This document shows positions 27,501 through 40,389 of a stretch of DNA of 64,000 bases, one piece after another. Under the pieces are notes generated by a model. It ran no database searches, was not told the DNA's origin, and worked only from the letters and a program-made list of their open reading frames with translations. Each line of letters starts with the position of its first letter. Position 1 is the stretch's first letter. Both the position numbers and the translations under genes were made by a program. Source of the DNA: Paragordius varius (taxonomy: Eukaryota > Animalia > Nematomorpha); the NCBI GenBank assembly GCA_964247055.1, contig OZ176051.1, forward strand, positions 15,128,001 through 15,192,000. Direction: 5' to 3'.

Positions 27501-28833
27501 AAGTTAACCCACCATTAATTAATTTTTTTTATTTTATACAAATATAAGACTTTAAAATTATTCGAATTTGTGCGAAAATAAAACTTCATAAACAAATAAA
27601 ACAATAGATATTTTTCAATTTAGCGGACAGATTATACACTTTTTTTCTATTTATTTTATATGGGACGTTTTTAAATAAATCATACATTTTATACTATTTA
27701 CGAGTCGAAAATGAATTATATTCTAAAATACTGTACGCCTAATTGATGTTGTATTAATATTGCAACATAAACAGTATAGTCATTTTTTTTTGCTTAATAA
27801 TACCCAAACCGATTAAATATTTAATCATGCTATCTCATATATGCGGCCCACAAAGTTGTATGGACAGCGCTGTGAGTGTGTAATTAGAAGTTTACGCCTT
27901 ATAAATAAGTATTCCATTCTAGATAATTTTGTGACTTTCGATATTTTTGAGATGGGGTAAGGTTAGTAACTAATGATAATATTGAGAAACCGCTTATTAG
28001 GGCGGCCTCTTTTGCAAGCCCCATCGACCAACCCAAGCAGTATGTTTATTTTTCCAGGGAACGGATCAACCGCAACATTTAGTGAATATTTTCTGAACTT
28101 GATTTTCTTGTATAAATCATAAAATTACAATTCTAAAACATATAATTGATTGTGTTATCATCTTGTATAAATAAGTTCGACTTTTTTATATATAGATATT
28201 GATTTATATTTAAAAGAAATCAGAAGTGCAGCGATATTGAAGACTTACTAATTTTCGCTTTTTAGTCACCATTTTGATGCCCTAAAGCCTATAAAAGCCA
28301 AATGGCGCCAAAAATATATAATCAAGATTTTCGTGTAAATTCTTTAAATCAAAAATTTGAGTCTATAGATCTTTGACTGCATCAAATAGTATGGGAAAAG
28401 TATTATATTGGATGTTTTAAAATTGCGTTTGGTGCATATTATCAAAATATTTCCTTTTACACATATAATTTTTTGTTGAAGGCGATATATTGGGTTAACT
28501 TTGTATATAAAATTAATATATGATTGTTTTAATGAAAATTAAAATCTTTTAATTCATATTAACAAGTTTTCAAAATTCAATTTAATGCTAAATTGGGATT
28601 TTTAGCTAATTTATATTTTAGTCTTTCAAGGGCACTCAGAAAAAAATTCAAAATTTGTTGATAATATTTTGCGTCTAGAAAAAACTAAATTACTTTATCC
28701 TAGTATTTTAACCGAAGATATTATTTCTATATTCCTTATCTGAAGCTTTGGCCTTTGATATATGATTCTCTAATCTTTATTTTGCTACTTACCGTGTGGG
28801 AAATACGTATTTAAGCCCAAATAAAGACCAATG

Positions 28834-29118
28834 TATACCATTTACAGTTCATATTTACCCTTAAACAATTCGAATTTATCCTTGAACAATGCAAACTCTA
28901 AATTATGTGTTTTCTAATATATGATTTTTAATACGTAATACATCTTTAAAACATAGTTAATTATTTTTTTAATATTATATTAATTTAAAACCATATTTTA
29001 TTTTTTAAAAATATATAAAAATGTAGGTAAATTTTTATCCTGAATATATTTATTTGAGGGTGAATTTAAATTGTAGGGTGAATTTAAATTGTTAAAGTGA
29101 ATTATTGTAAATGGTATA
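28834..29118. mobile_element. Foldback MITE of the TATACCATTTACA family
   Basis: tataccatttaca ... tgtaaatggtata with degenerate ccttgaacaat subterminal units. Further copies at ~37431-37680, ~39942-40086, ~40851-41070 and ~44495-44681. Confidence 0.7.
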
Positions 29119-29403
29119 TTTGGTTATAAAATCTTTTAAAAATCTGTGTTTTAAGATAGACTCAACAATCTAATGTAAAATAATTTATCAATTTACTAAG
29201 TATTATAACAAAATTATTTTAAAAGATTTATTCTATTAAGCATAGAGAATGGTTAAATAGTGTCAATTATAATATGATCTTGGAATATCAGAAAATGCAT
29301 TGCATGACACAATTATGAAACGACACATTTTATTTAAAATAAAGTTTGAAAACAAAATATTACAATTTTTTTATATGAAACAATTTTCAATTATGCACAT
29401 TTT

Positions 29404-30533
29404 TCATATTTTTGCGTGAGCAGATTTAATGTGTATAGCAAGTGAGCCTTTATGAGAAAATTCAGTTTTACATATCGGACATGATATCTAATATGTTCAT
29501 GAACAGATTTAATGTGGGTTGCAAGTGAGTCTTTTCTAGAGAAATCTGTCTTACAAATCGCACATGGATATCTAATTTGTTCATGAACAGATTTAATGTG
29601 TGTTGCAAGATAACTTTGTTTAGAAAATTCATTTTTAAATATCGGACATTGATATTTAATATGTTCATGAACAGATTTAATGTGCGTTGCAAGATAGCTT
29701 TTTCTAAAAAAATCTGTTTTACAAATCGGGCAAGGATATTTAATTTGTTCATGAACAGATTTGATGTGTGTTGAAAGATTGCATTTTAGTGAAAAACTAG
29801 CCTTACATATCGGACATTCATATTTAATTTTTTCATGAACAGATTTAATGTGCACTGCAAGATAGCTTTTGTCAGATAGTTTGCTTTTACAAATCGGACA
29901 TGGATATCTAATTTGTTCATGAACAATTTGATATGTGTTATAAGATGGCCTTTATCAGATAAGATCTTTGAACAAATTTCGCACGGATATTTTACATGTT
30001 CATGAACAGAACGAATATGTTTGGTCAAGCCGCTTTTAGCCATATAATTTTTATCACATTTAATACATCGATAATTATAATCCAATTTTGAAGAGTTTAA
30101 AGATTTAATAGTTTATTACTATTTTTAGTGTTTATATTATTAATATTTATATCAACATTTGTACTTATCGGAGTAATTTTATTTACGTTTTCCGATGGTT
30201 TTTTTAGCAAAAGATCTAAAGGTTCCGTCTGTTCTCCTAAATCAATTATCAAGTCGTGTTTGTTGATTTTGGGAACGTTATCAATTTTATCATCCAAATT
30301 ATTATTTTGTTGAGTATTTTCGCTTTTATGTTCCCTTAAATAACAAAGGTTATGGAAAGAAGCGCTCAGAATTCTCCGTATATCATCGTTTGTAAAGTCT
30401 TCAGTTTCCAACATATTAATGAAGGATGCCGGTTTACATGGATCAATATAATTTTCTTGTTGATTTTTGAGTTCTACTTTATAGAGCTTAGTATCGAGAT
30501 CACACCAAAGTTTGTAAGTTGAGTTACCGAAAT
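29404..30533 (-). pseudogene. C2H2 zinc-finger gene (8 fingers, HIKSVHE linkers) with three 1-bp frameshifts; last exon only
   Basis: Acceptor aaattag| at 30533. An N-terminal region is followed by eight 29-aa units CxxC...HIKSVH, one with C to F. One base is missing at each of ~30113, ~29925 and ~29483; restoring them gives one frame ending HIKSAHAKI-stop at 29404. Confidence 0.8.
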
Positions 30534-30989
30534 CTAATTTTTTTTCAAAAATGTAATTTAAAAAGTCAAGTTATCAATGAAGAAACAAAAATTTTAACAG
30601 CCCAAGAAAGGAAACTAAAACCTAGTTTTAACAAGTTATTACTATAAAATTGTTGATGCATACATAAATCATAGAGTAATGGTTGATAATATACACACAA
30701 AATGTTAAAACATAAAGAAATAATAAAACTAAAACTTTTCAGCATAAACTATAATATTATGTGTGATATCTCAAATTCATAATATTAACAATTACATCTC
30801 TATCCCCTATTTTGTAAATCATATGAGTGTTATAATAAAATATGGGTGTCAAAAATATATTTAGTTTTTTCCCTTCTATTTGTAAGTTTTGGATTATACC
30901 GGTATTAGATTTAGTCTTAAATTTTGACTAAAATAAAAATCTAATATTAATGTAAAGTTGCAGAGAGTCGCGGATTGGTAATAAATTTT

Positions 30990-31470
30990 TTTTATTAAAC
31001 CAATTAACAAATGACACAAGTATTATATGGAAGATTAACACTTGGATACATCATTTTACTCCTTAGATTCAAATTGGGGCAATCAAATACCCCAGGCCCG
31101 TTTAAATTTGAATTCTTTAAAAAATATGGAAGGAATTAAATCCAAGGCAAAATTTTACACCTATATAACATTAAACCGAAATATATAAAAAAGTTTATTC
31201 AAAAATATTTGATAATACTTTTTTAAGCTAAAACCGAAAGGTAAAAATTTGGTCCATGTGACATGTGTGCAATGGTGTAAATTAAAAAATAATACAAAAT
31301 AAACCGCCTTTTCTATTTCTATCTATGTTAGATGTAATTTAAATAAAAATTAGCTTTAATTTTACGCTTAAAATTAAATGAAGACGATATTTTGCAAAAA
31401 TTTTGTAAAAATTTACACAATTTTTATTAGAATAAAAGCATAAATTTAAATTGGGACCGTTTCCTTCGGT
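30990..31470. repeat. Dispersed repeat homologous to the interior of the 45717-46607 MITE
   Basis: ttttaagctaaaacc(g/a)aaaggtaaaaattt...gtgacatgtgt...ttgggaccgtttc is shared with 46070-46340. Confidence 0.7.
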
Positions 31471-33279
31471 ACTCCAATTTGAATCGAAGTGTTAATTAAA
31501 AGTTTAAATATCAAATAATTTAATATTTTTCTCAAAAAAGCGGTGTTGTTTAAAAATGATAAAGTATATAAGACAAAACTATAGTTATTTATTAATGTTT
31601 TTACAATTTTAATAAAAACGTATGATAATTTTAACATTAGGTATATATTAGGATATTATTTGTTAAAACATTGAATTAGATTAGGAATTTTATTTTCACG
31701 ATTTATACATATATTTTTAACGAAAATAATTAATAATAAAAATAATCAAATCAAAATAAAAATATAAAATTACAAAATTTCTAAATCTTAATAATCATCT
31801 AAAAATATATCTATTAACAAATGATAAGGTTCTATTATAATAATTAAAAACCAGATAACTAATATTAAATTAAATAAAAAATATTTAAATTTTAAAACAA
31901 ATTATTTTGATATTATATCACAAAAAATATGATGAAAGATAAAAGTAAAATTAATATTTAAATAAAAATGATTTAATAAATAAATTAATAAAACTATTTG
32001 CTACTATATAAATACCCATTTTCCAAATAAATTTGAATATTTTTTTCGAATAAACAAAAAGCAGACAATTAAAAAAACCGTTGGTAATTTAATCGTCTGT
32101 CGTTTGATTTCATTTCATATTATATTTAAATTATTTTTCATTTAATTTTGGGTTTAATTTTAAAATAAAATAATTTATTAATATTTTTATATATAATTTT
32201 AAATTTACTATAAAAGGCAATATTGAATATTTTTAAGTTAATTACGAATTTATCTATTAAAAATTTAAATAAATTTAACAATAATTTATTTAACTAATAA
32301 ATATTATTGAATGGTTTTGATTTACTTTAACCAAGCACTTACTAAATCTTAATACTTTTTAGAATTATCAAATTATATTTATAAATATTTAATTTAATTA
32401 TTTTTTATAATTATCATAAAAAATATAAAATTTCTTTTTGATAACGTAGAATTTGATGCAAATAATTCTAATGATTTTTATTTATCAGAGAAAACAATCT
32501 GTCAATCCTTTTTTAAACATGAATATTAAAAAAAAAATATTAAGAAGGTAACATGAAAAAAAGTAAAAATATTTTAATCGGGATATCTTTTTTGCGATTT
32601 TCCGCCAAATAAAAGTTTGGCAAATTATTTTAGTGAATGAATTTTTATTTTATAGGAGACATTTTTATAAATAAAATGCTTATTATGAATTATATCTCTT
32701 CTAAAGAATAAAATATACTTTTATTGTTATTATTAAATATAAAATTATTTAATGGTTGACAAATATGATTATGATTCTATCTTTATATAATAAAAAGTTT
32801 TGTTTAGAATTTTTGCATTCAAAGATACATAGAATCATCCACATTGATTTTGCATATCTTATTTCTTATAAAAGATGTTTGAAATATAAATATGCTATTT
32901 TTTTGTAGAAAAATATTTTTAACTAGCTCTCTTCAAAAATTATTCTCAATAATTTGCAATAAATAAAGGTAAGTTAGATAAAAAATAATAAAAAAACATA
33001 TTTAATCAAAAGAATGTCTTTAATTATTATTGTTAGGGTTTTTGCATAGACTCAAATGACTCCAAAATGACCACATTTAAACTGTCCTTTATTAAAGTTA
33101 ATATTCAACTATTATTGGATTTATATAAGATTTTCGTTTTACGAATTCATGATTAAAAGTGTTATTGTAAAATTGTGTTCACACAGCTGGGATTAAGGGA
33201 TATAAAAAAGTAAATCATTTGTAGTCCCTTTTTAAAGTTAAGATGATATTAGACGAAATGCCTAGAAATGTATTAACTG

Positions 33280-35820
33280 AACTCTATGGCTTCTTAGGTT
33301 TTTTGAAAATTAGCTCCAAAACCACGCAATTTTTGTATAGCGTCAGTTTTAAACCGGTAGACCCCTCCCATAGACCTAATTGGAAAAAGCGCTGAGTTAA
33401 ATTCGTTGCTTTTTAGGGAAAATATTTGGTATTATCTTTGATACCATCATCTCATGGGTTATTTGAAAATACCTCAACACTTAATTAATCGTTATATGAT
33501 GGCGTAGCATATAGGCTTCAACGGCTATTAAAAAACGCCTGACCTTAATTTTTTAAGTAGTTACGGATAATATTTCAAGCTTTCAATGAGCTCATATGGC
33601 TTCATAAATTTTCTGTAAACCAGCTCCAAAACAACGCAATTTCTGTTTAGTGGCGCAGTTTTTGCCAAGTAGCTCCTAACCCAATAAAAAAGCGTTGGGC
33701 AAAATTTTTGCCTTTATATGGGGAATATCTTGAATTATCATGGATTCCGTATGTTCCAAGTTGAATCATAGGTTTTCTGAAATTTGGCTCCTAAGGCATG
33801 CTGTATCGATATAATGACGCACGGGGGTAACCCTCTAAACTGGGGCGAAACAAAAAAAACGCTCGATTAAAATTTTACTTAATTACCTGGAATCATGATT
33901 AATTCGATATGCTCTCGACCAAAAATTTTCTTAAAACCAATAAGTCATATGGTGGCTCATTTTCAGTGCGAGGGCCTAATTAAGGGGTAATTTAATAAAA
34001 TCACTTTATTAATTTTTTTGCCTGTTTGCAAGTAATATATCAGGCCCTTAATTAACTTTTATGGCTTGATATGTTTTCTTAAAAGTATCTCCTAAACAAC
34101 GCAATTTCGATATGGTGGCGCAGTTATAGGCGGGCAGCCCCCTACCCAAAAGCCAATATAAAAAGCGTTCCATAAAATTATTTGCTTTTATAGGGGAATA
34201 CCTCTAACCATTAAATCCATATGTTATAAATAGGTTTTCGGAAGAATGGTTTCAAAACTAAATAATAGTTTAATGATAGCCAGTGGCGTACCGAGCATTT
34301 GCGGCGCCCTGGGCATAAAAACTTTTATGACCCCCCCCCCCCTCTTTTTTAAAAAGTTAATAAAACAATTTAGTAAAAAAAATACAACATTGTAACCTAA
34401 ACACCATAGATAAGACAGCACAGTCATATAAATTTTAAATCTCTTAAATATATATATTTATATGATAATAAATTTATTCATTTTTAATTACATAAATATT
34501 CTAATAAATTCTATAATATGGAAATCTATATATTTATAAAAATGGTAAATTCTGGTCTCGCTTTTTTAATTTAGGCCCTCTTTTTAGCCGCTCCCCCGTA
34601 AAATGCCATTTTTTCATAAAACAAAGTCCACAAAAATAATTTTGTAAATCTATTTTTCGACCAAGGTATGAGACCGTAAAAATTCAATAAAGATTCCACG
34701 TATGTTAAAAGGCAAAAATTTTAGTCAAGCGTTTCTATGATGATAGCTGCTGGGTAAGGAGCTACCCACTAATAACTGATTTTTCATGTGGGTGATCTGT
34801 TTCCGGAAAACCGGTGAACCCAATCAAATCCAAACATCGAAAAAATATAATCATTAATGAATGCCCCGACAATAGCTTCGCCCTTTTTTTGAAATAGGCC
34901 CCCAATTCGGGCCCACCCCGTGGATAAACGGGTTGAGACAATTTTCAGGAGAACGTGTTGAACCATTCAATTTCAAATATGATTTTTGTTTACTTATTTT
35001 TGATCGCGCCGAACATATTCGTCTCGCTTTTTTAATTTAGTCCCTCTTTTTACCCGCTCCCCCCGTAAAATGTCATTCCCCCCAAGAAGTCCAAAGGACT
35101 TCCTCGGGCTGCGTAGCAGCACGAGATTTACGCTAGTTATATACAAAAATAATGTTTTTGTTGCATATATTGAATTGATCTTATGATAATGGCGAACAAT
35201 AATGTTTTAAAAAATAATTGTAAATCTAGGCTAGATATTTTAGGGATTATTACCTAATTGAAAAATCTCATTTGAAAGTTCTTATTATTTTGCATAATTA
35301 AAATTTAATTTTAAAAAATCATTTAGGCGCCCCTAAATAACGGCGCCCGGGGCATGATGCACCCCCCCCTCGGTACGCCCCTGATGATAGCGCATATCTT
35401 AGGGTGCTAAGGAACGGCTAATTTAAAAAAACCGTTCGACTTAAATTATTGCCTTTTTACGGTAATATTTTAGGCCCTTAATAAACTTATCTTAAAAGTA
35501 ACTTCTAAACAACGCATTTCGATAAAGGTGGCGCAGTTTTAGGCAGGTAGTTCCTACCAGAAGCTAATAAAAACGCTTTATTAAATTTTTTGCCTTTCTA
35601 CAGAAAATACCTGGAATCATGAATGATTATATATGCCTTTCATTAGTTTTTGGAAAATCATCTCAAAACTAAGAAATCATTCTTTAACGGCTAATTTTAA
35701 AAAACCACACGACCTAAATTTTTGTTTTGTTACGGGTAATATTTTAAGCACATATTTAACTCATATGGCATGAAGGTTTTTGAAATTTAGCCCTAAAGGC
35801 ACGCTATTTCGATATGACGA
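33280..35820. repeat. Degenerate tandem array (roughly 170-470 bp spacing), interrupted by a hAT MITE
   Basis: Recurrent core ctc(c/t)aaaacaacgcaatttc...gtggcgcagtt at ~33315, 33622, 34088 and 35505, with weaker copies at ~33785 and ~35790. Confidence 0.6.
34281..35383. mobile_element. Non-autonomous hAT element with perfect 8-bp TSD
   Basis: TIRs cagtggcgtaccgag / ctcggtacgcccctg, flanked on both sides by ATGATAGC (34273-34280 and 35384-35391). Confidence 0.9.
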
Positions 35821-35824
35821 TTTT

Positions 35825-36134
35825 GAATAAAATGGCATTTTACGGGGGGAGCGGGTTAAAAGAGGGCCTAAATTAAATAAGCGAGCCGACTATGTTCGGC
35901 CTAATCTAATAGTAAAAAAAACATATTTGACGCTTTCCAGAAAATTGTTGCAAAGACACGATTTTTGTGAACTTGTGTTTTCAAAAAAAACCGTTTTTAC
36001 ACATGGTGGTCTCGAACTGGGGGTTTAATAAAAAAGGGCGAAGCTATGTTGGGGCATTCATTAATGATTAGATTTTTTCGACATTTTGATTTGAATGGGT
36101 TTACCGGTTTTCCAGAAACAGATCACAAAGCTAG
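35825..36134. repeat. Inverted copy of 34791-35076; possible Helitron/Helentron-like end
   Basis: Reverse complement of the sequence inside the hAT element. It ends with a short hairpin gttttccagaaac followed by CTAG. The family assignment is tentative. Confidence 0.4.
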
Positions 36135-36708
36135 CATTTTCCATTCTTATAAATAAATAAATTAAAAAATTATTAAACATCTTCGTAATAAAAGTAAATT
36201 ATGGTACATTTAGAAAACAGGGGATTTTTATTTTTTCAAAGAAATTGCTGGATTAAGTGATAAATAGATAATCTTAAATTATACAGGTAGCTCGCAGGAC
36301 AATGAATAAAATTAAATATTGATTGAATATTTTACCCAAATAATACTACTGTTTTTTAGCTAGCAAAAGTCAAATTAATATATTTTAATATTCTTTTTAA
36401 TAGGACTATTATGCCATCTATTTATTTTATTTAAATATTTATAAATTAATTTTTTTATTGTTTTCGTATTATTAGTTATGTTATTTAATTCAAATAAGCT
36501 TATATTAATATTAACAAAACAAGGGATTCTATTTAATATAAATAGGTTTTACGATCAGGATTAGTAGCCCATAAACGGTAAAATACAAATAAATTTTAAA
36601 AATTTATGATTTATTTGAAATTAAAAACTAGACCATTATTGGAGAAAAGCGCCATCTTCTTATAAGTTATATCATAATTGCAACAGAGACTATGAGAAAC
36701 GATTTTTT

Positions 36709-36802
36709 TGACAGTGTTTACCACGTGTCATTGTGTGGGACGCGTTTCTTCCTTGTTGTGGACTCATCAGTCACACATAGCGAACACTGGTAAACACTGT
36801 CA
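36709..36802 (-). ncRNA. Type I minimal hammerhead ribozyme (Penelope/retrozyme-like), slightly degenerate
   Basis: Minus strand: GUGUGA CUGAUGA GUCC-acaacaa-GGAA GAAA CGCGUC CCACAC, enclosed by a perfect 15-bp inverted repeat (36709-36723 / 36788-36802). Confidence 0.7.
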
Positions 36803-36949
36803 TTGAGTTTTAGAGAATTTGAAACCGAATGCTCATAGGTGTAGGATATATTAATATATCCAACCTTCAACTAGGTAGACTAACTATCTTCTACTCGTCT
36901 TGATTTATGATTCATTTATGTTGACTTTTTATGATATCATAATATTAAT

Positions 36950-37504
36950 GAGGTATAATATATATAGCTAAATATATATAATAATGAAAATTAAATTTTG
37001 ATTGTCACAATATGTAATTATCAATAATATACACTTTTATTTGTAAAAATCATAGAGAACAGTGGTCTTCAAAAGATTCAATTTTGAAGTTTTTTTAAAA
37101 AAACAATTATTTTGCCACACTTTTTTTAAACCCATGCCCTGGAAATTAATGGTTTAAAAACAAATGCTATTAAATAATAATTTTGACGATAGGAATAATA
37201 TGAAATTAGTTTGAATCGTTAAATAGACTCGATCAAAATTTAAATATTTCATAATTTTTTTTGTCGTCTATATAGATAAAAAGACGAATATTTGATAATT
37301 TTAATAAATCACTACATTTAGCCAAATAGTTTTCCATCTCATAATTATTTTCCGAATCTAAAAATAAATTAAATTTTTTTCCTTTTACGAACTCAGATTA
37401 ATTTCAGACAGATTCTTTTGGGGAAATTGGATATATACCATTTACAATTTAAATTCACCCTTAAACAATATCCTTGAACAATTCAAATTTCACCCTCATA
37501 TAAA

Positions 37505-37569
<65 letters not shown>

Positions 37570-39720
37570 TTATGTTTTTTCAATAAAATATTAATACTGA
37601 GTTATATTAGTTCGAAAACACGAAAATTTTTTTAGAGTGAATTTGAATTGTTTAAGGGTGAAGTTCAAGGGTAATTATAACCAAAAACTTTCTTATCCAT
37701 AAAAATCTAATAAGACAAAATATTTTTATTAAAATAACGATACTTTTTTTTAACGTTGAGATATCCTACATACATTGAAATTTTAAATACATGGATTTAC
37801 CAATACGTATTACTTGTTATTTTTAGATATTTTATTATTTCTGTATAGTTTAAATTTTGAGTGTAAACACGTCATTATGTAGAATATCGAACACTCAATA
37901 ATTTTTGAGTGATTTGAAAAGTGGCAACATTTTTTGATTGAGCAAGAACATTTCCTTGTTCCTTTACACTAAGAACTATATGCTACAAATAGAAAATTTA
38001 AAATATATTATCTTATTTAAATTAATTGACAATTAGATTAACGATTAAAATAATATATAAAAATTTATTTTCCTAACGTGCCATCCATTTAATTATACTT
38101 AATACATTACTTGAATACATACAACACTTTTTTGTTTATACTACAAAACTTCTTATCAAATGTAGCGAGTTTCATTAATATTCGGAACATTAAAATATCA
38201 ATATATTTTTCTGTTTTGTGTCTATATTTACAATTTTTATGTTATTTATTGACTGCTAAAAATGACTTGTATAAATGACTTGATAGTACAAGAAATTCCA
38301 AATATTATTTTACAATTTATAAATTCTAAGCCATAAAATAATCATTCATAAATCTCTAGAAATTAGCATTGGTATTGGTTAATAAATTTAAGCGACGTTT
38401 TTAACTTTTTAATTTTTCACGGGTTACGAGTTTATAAAAAACGACGATAGTTACAAAAATAAAGATCGCACACACAACAACAGAATTATGATGAAAAGTA
38501 AGTAAAATAAAAGTTTTTTAAAATTAGATGGCCTATATATGTCCCAATCATTAAATATATTCATAATATATAACCATTTTTATTTGTAATATCTGTGAAT
38601 AAACTTTAATTGTTTTTCAATATTTTAAGTCATAATTATAAAAAATAAAATAATTTCTTATCCGTATAAGTCCATATCTTCTTTTCCGTGCAGCGACTGG
38701 CCAGGTCTGGCTTGCACTATCATTACAAGACTCAATTTTTACATGAAAAATGAAATATATGAATAATATTTTTTTAATATCCCTTTGTCTATGCGGCTTG
38801 TAATTGATTAAAGTTATTTCAGATTTATATCATCAGAATATATGTGAGTTCTGGTGTATTAATATTAATAATCTTGGGAAAGACGCATGATTTATCTTTG
38901 ACAATACGATTTGTTTTAGCATAATGCGACCGATTTTGATTTTTGATATCTAACATATAAAAAGAGTAAATATTTAATATCAGCACAAAAATCAAAGGAG
39001 GGAATTTACCCTTTTTTTATAATAATTAAAATTAAATCATAAAAACAGCCATAATAAGCTAAAATCATCTATATATATACCTTTTTAATGAAATTAACAA
39101 GAATATAAATTATAGTATTACCATTTTTTTTCTTTCTATCATAATGTCATGTTTAAACAATGGGTTATATCTAAAATGATTCTTTTGAGATTAAATATTT
39201 ATCTTTATTTAAATATATATCTATATGTATTTCATCAGGATATTTTATATCCCCCGATTTGATGCATAAAAAGGATTTTATAGGAATTTATTATTCGAAA
39301 TAAAATTTAAATGAAATATCACTTGTTATATAAAGTAATGATTATTCGAAAACAAATTAGGCTTTGTGATAAAATAGCTAATGAAGATCACGAAGCAAAA
39401 ATTAATTAAAGATATTGTGATTATTTATTATAATAAAAACAATGAAATTATTAAAATACAATAATTTTTTGGTAAAGTTTTTTAAGGCAAACATTAGCTT
39501 ATGGCGTGGAGCTATCCATAAATGGTTATAAATTGTTGTTCACGTAAACCCAATATCTATCAATTTATACCGTCAAAAATTTATATATTCTCCAAATATT
39601 TTTAAGTAATATTTTTGTTTAACAATAAATGTAATGTAAGTAAGCTAAAAATAGGCTGTTTACAAAAAAGAATTAAAACGAATAAATAAGCCATCTATTT
39701 ATGTTTTCAATAGTGTAAAA
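36950..39720. repeat. Tandem segmental duplication 2, copy A
   Basis: Colinear with 40390-43150 (offset about 3.44 kb), including a shared foldback MITE. Confidence 0.9.
37510..37570. repeat. (TA)n microsatellite
   Basis: About 30 TA units inside a foldback MITE. Other (TA)n tracts at ~4713, 8313, 10255, 42668 and 43765. Confidence 0.95.
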
Positions 39721-40389
39721 AATGCTTCTAGGTTTGGGTACCGAGTTTTGTATGTTTAAGAGGATATTAAAATGTAAAAAGGTACTGCAAAACTCACCAT
39801 TTTTTATTGGCTAGTGCAGTAATTAAAAAGACAAAAATTTTCAAACATATTCTTATACTTGATGTTTCCAATACTATTAAATTATATAATTATGCAAAGA
39901 TTCTTAACATCCGAAAATTCGTAATTTACAATTAAAGACAATATATACCATTTACAATCAAACTCACCCTATATTTATATTAATACTAAGTTATATTCAA
40001 AACATAATTTATATTTAGGGTGAATTATATTCCTTAAATCGAGGGTGAACTTTGATTTTTCAAGGGTAAATGTAAATGGTGTATATGTTTTTGTTTATAA
40101 TCATTTGTTCTATATAATATTAATCTTTGAGTTTATACTACATTTCTTCTGTCTAATCTTTAATTATTATACATTTATTGAACATGTTAATTTATTATAT
40201 ATAAAATAGTATTTGATAAATACACAAATTTAAACATTATAAACATATTAACTTTTATAGGTCATAATAGAATATATGTCATACAATAACCGCTCTTTAT
40301 CATTTACATGAAATTAGAACTAACTTAGAGTAAAGCTTAAAATTATGCGGATATTTAAAAATATGATTTTTTAATATAACTTATAATGT

